This document shows positions 10,642-18,861 of a stretch of DNA of 64,000 nt, piece after piece. The translations under genes were made by a program, and so were the position numbers. Below the pieces are notes generated by a model that saw only the letters and a list, made by a program, of their open reading frames with translations, searched no databases and had not been told where the DNA came from. This stretch comes from a virus. Each line of letters opens with the position of its first letter. The stretch's first letter is position 1. The DNA lies in the IMG/VR virus record IMGVR_UViG_3300009506_000015, positions 1 to 64,000 of that record. One strand, given 5' to 3'.

Positions 10642-11842
10642 AACCTAATGTAAACTCCCAGTCTAGCAGGTTGGCCTGGACATATGCCTTGGGCAACCTG
10701 TCCTTCTTGCACTTGCAGAACTCCGTGTCTGGCAGCGACCAATGTCTGCATATGATACCTATCTGGTCCGCCGCATGATACAGCCTGGCGCTACCGAACA
10801 GCGTCACTTCCCGTAGGTCGTGCTTCTTCTTGAACTCTTCCGACTTTTCCTTACTGAACTGTCCGAAACCTATGATGGTACACCCGTGGTTGCCAGCGAG
10901 CGTGGCTAGGCCGCTGCCTAACCGTGCGATTAACTGGTGTTCTGGCGTCCTGGTGTCCGACCCTTCCGGTACACGGATATAGTCATATATGACAACTTTA
11001 GGTTTGTGCCAGTACATTATCCTGTTGAGCGCGTCCACGTCGCCGTAGTTATAGTCATAGATAGGCATGTACCTATCTATCATGTCCACGTATGGGTACA
11101 CGCGTTCGTCCTTGGACCTGACCAGCCTGTCTGACATATGGGCAAGCGGCTTGAGCACGCCAACGGTAACTTCGTTAGGCGGCATTTCCGTACTCACGAA
11201 TAGGGTGTCGATACCACGCTCTATAAGCCTGGCGGCTATCGTGTATGCGAGCGTGGATTTGCCGTGGTTGCTTATACCGCCGAACAGAGCAAGTGCATTG
11301 TTCCATATGCCACCCTTCATGAACCTGTCCAGGTGCGGGATGCCGATCTGCCCGACGACGGTACGTAGTTCGCCCTTATAATGCGTGGACGCCCTGGGGT
11401 CGTAGGTTGTGTCCCTAGTCACGGCGTCCAATTCAGACATTATGGTCGGTAGCCACTGTGATATGTCACGTGGGTACTTTTTGCGCATCGTATTCATTTC
11501 GGCTACGATGACGTCTACGTCACGTAGCATTACTGCGGAACGGAGCGGGGCTACAAACGTGCCCCACTGGTCTGGCGGGTCTGGCTTCTTCCAGATATCT
11601 ATGAGTTCGTTCCATCGTTCTGGCTTAATGCCGTTCGTGCTGAACGACATCACGGTCAGGGGGTTGACATCCGCTCCCTGCATCCTTAACTTTATTGCCG
11701 CTTCCACCGTCGAAGCGTACAATGGGTCCGAAAACCATCTACGTGACACACCGCGCAGTATCAGGTCGTCTACGATTGTTGGGTTTGCTGCGATATGTCG
11801 GATGATTGACTGCTCTGCTGAGAGATTCCTAGCCGGGTCCAT
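10595..11842 (-). CDS. DnaB-like replicative helicase
   Basis: N-terminal AEQSII; Walker A GISNHGKST; FVSTEM; VIYDYI; Q motif; AD. Confidence 0.8.
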   Translation of the reverse strand: MDPARNLSAEQSIIRHIAANPTIVDDLILRGVSRRWFSDPLYASTVEAAIKLRMQGADVNPLTVMSFSTNGIKPERWNELIDIWKKPDPPDQWGTFVAPLRSAVMLRDVDVIVAEMNTMRKKYPRDISQWLPTIMSELDAVTRDTTYDPRASTHYKGELRTVVGQIGIPHLDRFMKGGIWNNALALFGGISNHGKSTLAYTIAARLIERGIDTLFVSTEMPPNEVTVGVLKPLAHMSDRLVRSKDERVYPYVDMIDRYMPIYDYNYGDVDALNRIMYWHKPKVVIYDYIRVPEGSDTRTPEHQLIARLGSGLATLAGNHGCTIIGFGQFSKEKSEEFKKKHDLREVTLFGSARLYHAADQIGIICRHWSLPDTEFCKCKKDRLPKAYVQANLLDWEFTLGYDGASDSYYQRVENA

Positions 11843-12315
11843 AGTGTTTTTGAAACCTCGTATTTAATGTCACCTATGATATCCTTTAGCCAATCTTCGT
11901 TCTTCCGTGGATCATCCCGTAGGTAGATACCGTCCCATGCGCCACACTTTATGGCCTGTTCGCCGTACCTGCGCACCCACTTGTCGTAGTCTGCGCTGTA
12001 TATCTCTGGAGGGTCTGGTGGTCTTAGGAACCGTTCCATGAGCGGAGGCTCGCCCCATGAATATAGTATCTCCATCCCGTCGATAGGAAGCCTGGGCAGC
12101 TTGTTCTCCTCGTACCCAAACTCCCAATACCTACCGCCAACGATGGCGTCTAGTGCTGCAATGATAGCGTCTGGATCGTACTTCATTTCGTGTATGAGGA
12201 CACGTGCGGCTTTCATATGCCTGCCACGAAAGTCTGCGAGTGTCCACTTGCGATTAGCGACGTTGTTCACGAACCAGTGAGCCAGTTCGTATGTCGGGCC
12301 TGATGCTTTAGGCAT
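11770..12315 (-). CDS. Hypothetical protein, possibly replication initiator or helicase loader
   Basis: 181 aa ORF directly upstream of the helicase; function inferred from position only. Confidence 0.5.
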   Translation of the reverse strand: MPKASGPTYELAHWFVNNVANRKWTLADFRGRHMKAARVLIHEMKYDPDAIIAALDAIVGGRYWEFGYEENKLPRLPIDGMEILYSWGEPPLMERFLRPPDPPEIYSADYDKWVRRYGEQAIKCGAWDGIYLRDDPRKNEDWLKDIIGDIKYEVSKTLWTRLGISQQSSQSSDISQQTQQS

Positions 12316-12490
12316 ATTCCTCCCAGTCTTCGGTGTACATCCAGTATTCTACGTCTGTGAGTAGAGCGTTGTCCTGGGGCTTATCGACTATGCGGATAAG
12401 TATATATTTCCTTAGAGTCGATATCCACAGGACAACGCCCAAGATGCGCGGGTCTTTCCGGTTGTGTACTTTAGACCCTACGTGTATCAT
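12308..12490 (-). CDS. Small hypothetical protein
   Basis: Overlap-coupled to both neighbours. Confidence 0.5.
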   Translation of the reverse strand: MIHVGSKVHNRKDPRILGVVLWISTLRKYILIRIVDKPQDNALLTDVEYWMYTEDWEEYA

Positions 12491-12517
12491 TATAACATAT
12501 CCGGCGGAATCTGTAAA
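12489..12517 (-). promoter_or_regulatory. Conserved phage promoter inside the 3' end of E1, upstream of replication genes
   Basis: TTTACA GATTCCGCCGGATATGT TATAAT. Confidence 0.7.
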
Positions 12518-13179
12518 TCAATTTGTGCTAGCCACCCTAGCATGTCAAACTTGATATGATACGGAACGGGTTCACCGTTGATCGCGGCGACAACTTCTCG
12601 CGCCGCCAGCGATGCTAGGAACATCCCGTTGTACGCCACCGAGCGCATCGAGCATGGAATCTCCATAGGGTGGTCGTCCAGTATCGAGCTTGTGTATGCC
12701 TCTGACGTGAGCGTTGGTGGCGTGACATGATACAGTTCCACCACGTTGCTGCCCATGCGGCAGTCAAAGTAGTATTCCCACCAGTTCGATGCCGCCAGCG
12801 TCTTGGCTATCGCTTCGCGTGATTCGTGAGAGTCCACGGCGGATACGACTATGACATCATCGTTGAAGTTGTAGAACTCTTCTTCGGTCCCGTTCCACCT
12901 GAACGCGCCCGGTACTATGGATACGTCGTCCACGAACTCGAGCACGTTCTTGACGATGGCTGTGACCTTCTTGTCGGGAACATCACTTGGCTTGTAGAAC
13001 TGTGGCTCGATGTTCTCCGGCGACACTATGTCGTCGTCGTACACGTTGATCGTGCCAACGCCCAGCTTGGCGAGCAGGTACACCAGATTGCTGCCAACGG
13101 CACCAGAGCCAACCACGACTACAATCCTGCTTTTCAGGATATCGTGATCGACAAGATCGTCCGAGCGTGACCTATCCAT
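12490..13179 (-). CDS. ThiF/MoeB/E1-like ubiquitin-activating enzyme
   Basis: VVGSGAVGS, YDDDIVSPENIEPQ, KKV, AVDSHESR, DCRMG; candidate catalytic Cys in EIPCS. Confidence 0.9.
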   Translation of the reverse strand: MDRSRSDDLVDHDILKSRIVVVVGSGAVGSNLVYLLAKLGVGTINVYDDDIVSPENIEPQFYKPSDVPDKKVTAIVKNVLEFVDDVSIVPGAFRWNGTEEEFYNFNDDVIVVSAVDSHESREAIAKTLAASNWWEYYFDCRMGSNVVELYHVTPPTLTSEAYTSSILDDHPMEIPCSMRSVAYNGMFLASLAAREVVAAINGEPVPYHIKFDMLGWLAQIDLQIPPDML

Positions 13180-14116
13180 ACGCCGACTCCATCACGCTGT
13201 AGAGCGCGTCATAGCACTTGTCGCACAGCGCCAGGTCGGGCATACCGTCTATACCTGGCACGATGTTGACATGCCCCTCGATATCACCGGCGCAGGTGAA
13301 GCACTTCATTTCACCTACGTGCGCACACTCCAGGCAGATAGGCGGGGTCGCGCTGTCCAGACAGTTCTCGCACACTTCGGCAGCACACAGGCCGCATGTA
13401 CGCAGTCTGCCAACTTCGTGGCACAGCTCGCACACACCGTAGTTCATTACTCTATCGTAGCCATGCAGGTGTGGCCGATGCACCGAGCCGTTCTTCGGAG
13501 ACTTGAACTTGTCATAAAGTGGCTGGTTGACTCCGTACTCCAGCGTGACATTCAAGTCTTCGTAGCTGCCCAGCGTGTCGCGCCTGGCGATCACGATATC
13601 GGACCCGAACTCGATAGACACCGTGGTTGCGTCTTCAGACTGCTGCATCTTCAGCGCGTCTTCTATGGCGTCCAGGTCAGTACCGGACCAGAACGCCGAC
13701 ATGGGATGTCTGTGGACCCAGGCGAAGCGATACTCGTCCAGGTCGTAGCCATCATCCATAGCGAGCATGACTGCCTGAGCGTAGTGCATAGCAGTAAGCT
13801 CCGTCGTGGCATGGGAGTCGTTTTCGTGTTCGCTGAGTACGTACAGCCTAACGACGTGCATATCGCCACTTTCGGTTTCCCTATACAGCCCGTAACCGGA
13901 CCACTCCAGGGATGTCGCATGGTTCAGGACCAGCGCTCGAACAGTCACTTCGCTGTCTAGGTGGATAGTATGGATGGTTGGCAACTGGTCCTTACGTGGC
14001 TTGAGCGGTAGTTGGTGGAATTGTTTCACTACGGGTGGCGTAGAACTTTGCCTGTACCCCTGCGTCACGCTCCGGTTCCTATGCTTCTTCTTGAACAGTT
14101 TATCCATCAGTCGCAT
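13172..14116 (-). CDS. JAB/JAMM metallopeptidase with C-terminal Cys-rich Zn fingers
   Basis: EWSG (catalytic Glu) and WVHRHPMSAFWSGTD (HxH...SxxD); several CxxC pairs at the C-terminus. Confidence 0.85.
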   Translation of the reverse strand: MRLMDKLFKKKHRNRSVTQGYRQSSTPPVVKQFHQLPLKPRKDQLPTIHTIHLDSEVTVRALVLNHATSLEWSGYGLYRETESGDMHVVRLYVLSEHENDSHATTELTAMHYAQAVMLAMDDGYDLDEYRFAWVHRHPMSAFWSGTDLDAIEDALKMQQSEDATTVSIEFGSDIVIARRDTLGSYEDLNVTLEYGVNQPLYDKFKSPKNGSVHRPHLHGYDRVMNYGVCELCHEVGRLRTCGLCAAEVCENCLDSATPPICLECAHVGEMKCFTCAGDIEGHVNIVPGIDGMPDLALCDKCYDALYSVMESAYG

Positions 14117-14765
14117 GTATCACCTCGTGCAGTCTACACCTGCCACCCATATGGCAGTAGCTACTCGGGCAGGTACGCGGGATGTGGACGTTACAGTAGT
14201 AGCCGAACGTCCTGGCGCACCTGTACCCGATCTCCTCGGACAAACATGATGGGCATAGCTTACGCCCACAGAACTCGCAATGATGGTACGAGCGCGGGGC
14301 GTACCATTCGCCCTTGTGCGATGGGCACTCCTCCGCGTCCGGGTTATACTTTGAGTTGGTCCACCAGCCTTCGTATGCCCCAGGAATGTAGATACTGCGC
14401 AGGAAATCGACGGACATGCCGTACAAAGCGACTATGTCGCCCTCTCTTAGCAGCACGTCGAACCCGTCTTTCGTGTTGCCCATGCATGGGTGGCCCATAT
14501 GCACGTGCGGGTGCGGCTGGCCGCGCATGACCACGCCGCCCTTGACCCTCCTGCCGGTGAACTCAAGTTCGTACTTGCCGAAGTTAAAGTCATCCAGCTC
14601 CGGCGCTATGATATCGTCGGTAGTAACAATGGCGCTGCCTACCTTTACCTTCCACACCCTGCCATCCCATTCGGTTTCATAGTATCCGCCAGAACCTCTG
14701 GGCGCTCTGCTCATAGCTTTCTTGAACACGCCCGTGTATATCAGATTTGGTACGTCTGTTATCAT
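14100..14765 (-). CDS. Prokaryotic E2/UBC-like conjugating enzyme with C-terminal Zn fingers
   Basis: PHPHVHMGHPCMGN followed by helices (UBC HPN..C signature); FGKYEL strand; start moved to ATG 14765 with GGAG RBS. Confidence 0.7.
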   Translation of the reverse strand: MITDVPNLIYTGVFKKAMSRAPRGSGGYYETEWDGRVWKVKVGSAIVTTDDIIAPELDDFNFGKYELEFTGRRVKGGVVMRGQPHPHVHMGHPCMGNTKDGFDVLLREGDIVALYGMSVDFLRSIYIPGAYEGWWTNSKYNPDAEECPSHKGEWYAPRSYHHCEFCGRKLCPSCLSEEIGYRCARTFGYYCNVHIPRTCPSSYCHMGGRCRLHEVIHATDG

Positions 14766-14781
14766 TATGCTCTCCAAACAC

Positions 14782-14813
14782 AAAAGCCGGGGGGACGTGG
14801 CAATCCCCCCGGC
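14782..14813 (-). terminator. Intrinsic terminator/attenuator after the Ubl gene
   Basis: 10-bp stem GCCGGGGGGA/TCCCCCCGGC followed by TTTTG on the minus strand. Confidence 0.7.
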
Positions 14814-14828
14814 ACAAGATGTAGACCG

Positions 14829-15188
14829 TCAAGCTCCCTTGACGGTGCCACTAAAGACGAGAACCTGACCGGGAGCTACGTGATCCATTTCCTCTGCGTA
14901 GCTGCCGTTCATGATCACCTGCATTGCCTCGGCGTCTTCCCTGCCCATAGATACGAGCCGCTTGCGCAGCGTCCCTACGGTTTCATCGTGGGCGACCTCC
15001 ACGGTCATCGGTCTGCCGTTGTGGAACATCACCCTCACCGAGCCAGCAGGGACCGTCAGGTCTACCATTTCTGGCTCATCATCAAAGTCATCCTCGATCT
15101 CGTCGTCGTCATCGAAGATGGCGTAGATTTCTTCGTCATCGAAATCATCGTCTTCCTCGAGTGGCGGCCTCTCATTCCAGTCTGTCAC
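14829..15188 (-). CDS. Ubiquitin-like beta-grasp protein with acidic N-terminal extension
   Basis: VRV..., ETVGTL, VIMNG, APGQVLVF pattern ending TVKGA; GGAGGTG RBS, GTG start; heads the E2-JAB-E1 genes. Confidence 0.75.
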   Translation of the reverse strand: MTDWNERPPLEEDDDFDDEEIYAIFDDDDEIEDDFDDEPEMVDLTVPAGSVRVMFHNGRPMTVEVAHDETVGTLRKRLVSMGREDAEAMQVIMNGSYAEEMDHVAPGQVLVFSGTVKGA

Positions 15189-15221
15189 GATGCATCACCT
15201 CCATTTTTAATGTGCTACAAG

Positions 15222-15250
15222 ATTATAACATTTGCGGCTGGAAGTGTAAA
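15222..15250 (-). promoter_or_regulatory. Conserved phage promoter (TTTACA-17-TATAAT, TG extension) for the Ubl operon
   Basis: TTTACA CTTCCAGCCGCAAATGT TATAAT. Confidence 0.8.
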
Positions 15251-15616
15251 TCAAGATTTCCGCGCCACCTTTAGCACATAGTCGGTAGGTTCTCGTATCC
15301 TATCCGACATGGTAGTGTAGTGCCAGATTCCCTGAGAAAACAAGACGCCCTTGCTGTTGATGACGTGCTGACCATGCGGCCCTCGTCTGTTGACACGATA
15401 TTTGGGCGGGATAGATATCTGGTGTACTTCCGCCATATACCCCGCTACTACATACTCGACGTACCAACCATATGGCCTGATGGCGGCACGGACGTAGAAC
15501 AAACCATACGAGTCCGGCAGCCACCTTGTGAGCTTATACAGTACGTCCAGCCACCTGGACCTGCTACTATCGGGCCAGATGGCTGTCCGTACCGCAAGGA
15601 CTATCGACCTATGCAC
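15251..15616 (-). CDS. Hypothetical protein
   Basis: Overlap-coupled ORF with RBS. Confidence 0.5.
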   Translation of the reverse strand: MHRSIVLAVRTAIWPDSSRSRWLDVLYKLTRWLPDSYGLFYVRAAIRPYGWYVEYVVAGYMAEVHQISIPPKYRVNRRGPHGQHVINSKGVLFSQGIWHYTTMSDRIREPTDYVLKVARKS

Positions 15617-15830
15617 CGCCTTCCTCTTTCTTGTCCAGCATCCGCCAGCCAGTAGCTCCGGGCGGATATATCAGGTCGAAGCTCGGTTGTTCTTCACTGT
15701 ACTCGGTGTTCACAACCCTGACGATGATAGGTCCAGGCTCGAACAGTAGGTCTACGCTGCTCTGCCCATTGACGTTGACGCCCGTGAGCGTCTTTCCTAG
15801 AACCTTGGCTATCCACGCATCCCAGTCCAT
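15609..15830 (-). CDS. Hypothetical protein
   Basis: Start MDWDAW directly after the upstream stop. Confidence 0.5.
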   Translation of the reverse strand: MDWDAWIAKVLGKTLTGVNVNGQSSVDLLFEPGPIIVRVVNTEYSEEQPSFDLIYPPGATGWRMLDKKEEGGA

Positions 15831-15831
15831 G

Positions 15832-16503
15832 TTACCCCCAGACAAACCACCGGGTAACGATGGGTGGTTCTTGCGGTTCGGCGCAACCGATAGCCGCCAG
15901 GACGTAGAACTTTTTGTCATCAGTGCGGGCGAGCCGCTGCGCCTCGCGCATTGCTGCGCCTGCGCTATCATGCCTGACAGTGGACGCCAGCGTCCTTTGG
16001 TCACTGGATACCACGTAGAACTCCGGCTTGCCTATTTGGCCTATTTGGTCGGCCAGATATCGCACTATCTTGTCGTCCAGGCGGTCGTATGCAGGTGGCG
16101 GCGGTACAACCTCTGCCCAGTCATAGTTGTTGACCATTTCCGACCGGGAAATGGTCGTCCCGGTCACGGTATCGACAAGCCCGCTGACCGAGTTGTAGTA
16201 TACCAGCGTGGCTTTCCTGTGGTCGCCAGTGTTCTTGGCGATCCAGTAGTATTCGCCCATCACAGGCGGGTGGCCGCTGTGCCACCCGTAGTTGTGCCGA
16301 TACTTGAACTTCGGTTCGTCCATGTCTGGCGTGAGCGGACCCTTGTGCATCATGTCGGGGACCAGCTCGGGTGCTAGCCGCGCACCCGATGGGCCGCGCA
16401 GCATATGGTCGTCGTTGGTGTACCAATACACGGCGTCTTCCGTGCCTGGACGCCGTATCCAGTAGAACCCGCTCTCCACGGGTTCGCCTCTAATCCATTC
16501 CAT
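15832..16503 (-). CDS. Hypothetical protein with two W..P..G(F/Y)YW repeats
   Basis: GGAGG RBS; motif shared with neighbours. Confidence 0.6.
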   Translation of the reverse strand: MEWIRGEPVESGFYWIRRPGTEDAVYWYTNDDHMLRGPSGARLAPELVPDMMHKGPLTPDMDEPKFKYRHNYGWHSGHPPVMGEYYWIAKNTGDHRKATLVYYNSVSGLVDTVTGTTISRSEMVNNYDWAEVVPPPPAYDRLDDKIVRYLADQIGQIGKPEFYVVSSDQRTLASTVRHDSAGAAMREAQRLARTDDKKFYVLAAIGCAEPQEPPIVTRWFVWG

Positions 16504-16505
16504 GT

Positions 16506-16784
16506 TTATCCTCCGTTTTCGTAGATATCCAGCACCGAATATTCCTTGCGCACTGGTTCTGTATCAGCCAGCGTCCTATCCGGTTCTGGGATTGGCCCCA
16601 TCCACTCGAAGTGCTCGGAGCCTAGGAAGTCAACAACGCCATCGTAAGAACGGTCATCGCCATGTATCCAGATATTCCCCTGAGACAGCAGGACAAGCTC
16701 CCGCATGTCCAGATGGTTCCCATACCGTATCCAGTAGTAGCCTTCCTGGTCGATTGATACTAGCTTCCCGTCATTCCAGACCAT
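16506..16784 (-). CDS. Hypothetical protein (GYYW family)
   Basis: MVWNDG...EGYYWIR...WMGPIPEP. Confidence 0.55.
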   Translation of the reverse strand: MVWNDGKLVSIDQEGYYWIRYGNHLDMRELVLLSQGNIWIHGDDRSYDGVVDFLGSEHFEWMGPIPEPDRTLADTEPVRKEYSVLDIYENGG

Positions 16785-17484
16785 GCTGCACCAGCTTGTC
16801 ATACAGCCTGGCGGCGTACTCCCTGGCCTCGTCGCGTTCCTTCCCGACCTGAGCGTGCCAGCTAGCCCTGTCGCGCAGGGTGTTTCGTGCGACATTCAGC
16901 TCTTGTTCCAGCCGCTCCACGTCTAGGACGAGTAAGTGCTGTGCGTGTTCCGCCATATTACGGGCAGCGTCCAGTTCCAGAACGCGCCGTTCCAGAAAGG
17001 ATACACGTCCAGTTGCGCCTTCCGCCCTGGATTCTGCATCCCGTATGGCCATGTCGCTCGCGTTCCGAGCATCCTGAAGTTCCATATCGTGCTGAGCGTT
17101 GACGTGTTCCAGTTCTTGGCTGAGCATGACAGCCGTTGCCGACAGTTCGCGGATAGTATCCGTGGCTTCTATGGCGAGTTGCTGGTACGTGGCGCACACC
17201 GCACGCCACGTGTTCTGTCCGTGGTAGAACTTTCGCGCCCACTCACGAGCTTCGCGCACGTCCGCTACGAGAGCATCTTCACGTGTCACGTAGTCCGGCA
17301 CGAGCGGCCCTGCATACTCTAGGCCAAGGAAATACGAGTCCACGTCATATGTCTCCGGCACGTGTGCGGCATAGTACGATATCACGTTGTCCCCAACCAC
17401 TCTGACGAGCCAGGTGCCGAACAGCGACGCCTTAACCCAATAGTAGCCGTCGAAGTCAGGTGTCCCTTGTTGCCATTCAGTCAT
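16771..17484 (-). CDS. Hypothetical protein (GYYW N-terminus plus coiled coil)
   Basis: MTEWQQGTPDFDGYYWVK; repeated EAREWARK/EAREYAAR. Confidence 0.6.
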   Translation of the reverse strand: MTEWQQGTPDFDGYYWVKASLFGTWLVRVVGDNVISYYAAHVPETYDVDSYFLGLEYAGPLVPDYVTREDALVADVREAREWARKFYHGQNTWRAVCATYQQLAIEATDTIRELSATAVMLSQELEHVNAQHDMELQDARNASDMAIRDAESRAEGATGRVSFLERRVLELDAARNMAEHAQHLLVLDVERLEQELNVARNTLRDRASWHAQVGKERDEAREYAARLYDKLVQHGLE

Positions 17485-18092
17485 GTTTCCTCCTCTCTCG
17501 CGGAGTCTATTGCACTCCGCGCTTTTTCCCTAACCGACTTGATTATCCTGCTGGCGTACAGGGTATTGGTAGACAGAATCGGGGCGAGTTTCCTACTGGA
17601 AACGGCCCCGTCCAGTGCTACCATGAATTTCAGACATGTGCGTTCGCGTTCGTCAAGGTTGCCCCACAGGTCGTTGAGCCACTGTGGCGTCTCATCGTCC
17701 AGGTGGTACTCGTCCGTGACCGCGTTGCGTTCCTCCATGTCCGATATCACCCCGTTGTCATCTCTGGGCATCTCCAGTTCGTGGTACAGGTGGCGGTTCT
17801 GTCTGTGTACGGCGTGCTTGGTACTGTCCTTGCCAGCTTCGTCCGCCATGGACAGTATGATGCCCTTGCCAATACCTATAACCCATGTCGGGAACGCCGA
17901 CAATCGTGGGTTATAGTCTTCCTTGCGTAGCATGGCTGTTTCCCAGGCGGCCTGTACAACGTCGTCTGAAGCCCAGCCCATGCCGCGTATGTACGCATAC
18001 TTGCGGATAGATTGTTCGATATCTGCGCCAAATACACGTACATATTCTGCGAACCAGTCAATCTCAATCCGTTGCTTCCTTGCTCTCGTCAT
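17481..18092 (-). CDS. Sigma-70/ECF-like RNA polymerase sigma factor
   Basis: DDVVQAAW, YNPRLSAFPTWV (region 2); LDERERTCL...SSRKLA (region 4 HTH). Confidence 0.75.
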   Translation of the reverse strand: MTRARKQRIEIDWFAEYVRVFGADIEQSIRKYAYIRGMGWASDDVVQAAWETAMLRKEDYNPRLSAFPTWVIGIGKGIILSMADEAGKDSTKHAVHRQNRHLYHELEMPRDDNGVISDMEERNAVTDEYHLDDETPQWLNDLWGNLDERERTCLKFMVALDGAVSSRKLAPILSTNTLYASRIIKSVREKARSAIDSAREEET

Positions 18093-18333
18093 TGCCAGTC
18101 GCCTCCGCCTCAAGGCCATACCGGGACAGAAAGTCCTCGTAGCTATCGGGGCTAGCGCCCCGATTCATTGCTTCGCAATGAACGAGTACATAGGCCCGGA
18201 ATGGACTAAGTCCTTGCAGGTCAGCGACGCCACAGACAGCGTGTGTAGCATCCATGTGTCTGATGTATGCACGCCGTTCCTGTTGGTGCCACGCGACCTG
18301 AATTTCTGTTCTGCGTCTAGCCCAACGGTTCAC
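18064..18333 (-). CDS. Hypothetical protein
   Basis: G-rich RBS upstream; GTG start. Confidence 0.45.
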   Translation of the reverse strand: MNRWARRRTEIQVAWHQQERRAYIRHMDATHAVCGVADLQGLSPFRAYVLVHCEAMNRGASPDSYEDFLSRYGLEAEATGNDESKEATD

Positions 18334-18597
18334 CTATCGTGTCACCCCCTTTCCGAAACAAAGCATCCCCCTCGTTATCTTTGTGAAATATTTCACAGCA
18401 GGGGATACAACCCTTTCCGCCAGAACACACCGGGCTTTTTAGAGTTTACACCTCATCGAGGGACTCTACTTTCAGCTTCTCCAAATGGAGGGGTGCTCGG
18501 TTCCGCTATCCACCCCACAGGCTGGTATTAACAGGTCACGGGTTGCTGATTTCGCATGGAACGGTCGGCCCCGCGCTAGCAGGACCACATCGAGTGC

Positions 18598-18751
18598 CCT
18601 TGGACGTGTGCGTATTGCGCTCTGCAAGGCGTGTCAGCCCGCACACGTTTCGTGTTCGTCGTGCCAGTTGGTGTCGTAGTTCTTGGCAACCTACGGTACT
18701 ACCGATATTCCGGTCGCCACCATCCTTGCAGGGATAGCGCAGTTACCAAGG
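18598..18751 (-). ncRNA. Candidate structured (pseudoknotted) RNA
   Basis: No minus-strand ORF; four complementary segment pairs, one crossing, G-U on the minus strand. Confidence 0.45.
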
Positions 18752-18760
18752 TGTCATATA

Positions 18761-18859
18761 CAGGGCGGGTTGGATTCGATACCAACATATCCTGGTCCGC
18801 TCACCACGTCCGTGTCTACGTGGCACTTTCCCAGGTGAGGAACTTTCCTCCACCGCCCT
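18761..18859 (-). ncRNA. tRNA-like element 2 with expanded anticodon arm
   Basis: Acceptor AGGGCGG/CCGCCCT, D stem GAGG/CCTC, CCTGG/CCAGG stem around a 35-nt insert, T arm GTTGG-TATCGAAT-CCAAC. Confidence 0.6.
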
Positions 18860-18861
18860 AA

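Noticed and set aside
12490-15188. Thiamine or molybdopterin sulfur-carrier pathway
   Set aside because: No ThiG/MoaE/rhodanese partners in the window, and an E2-like gene is present
18800-18855. RNase P RNA-like words GAGGAAAGT and GAAAGTGCCAC on the minus strand
   Set aside because: They are too close together, no matching 3' conserved region (ACAGAA.CCGGCTTA) was found on the same strand, and a tRNA-like fold explains the segment better
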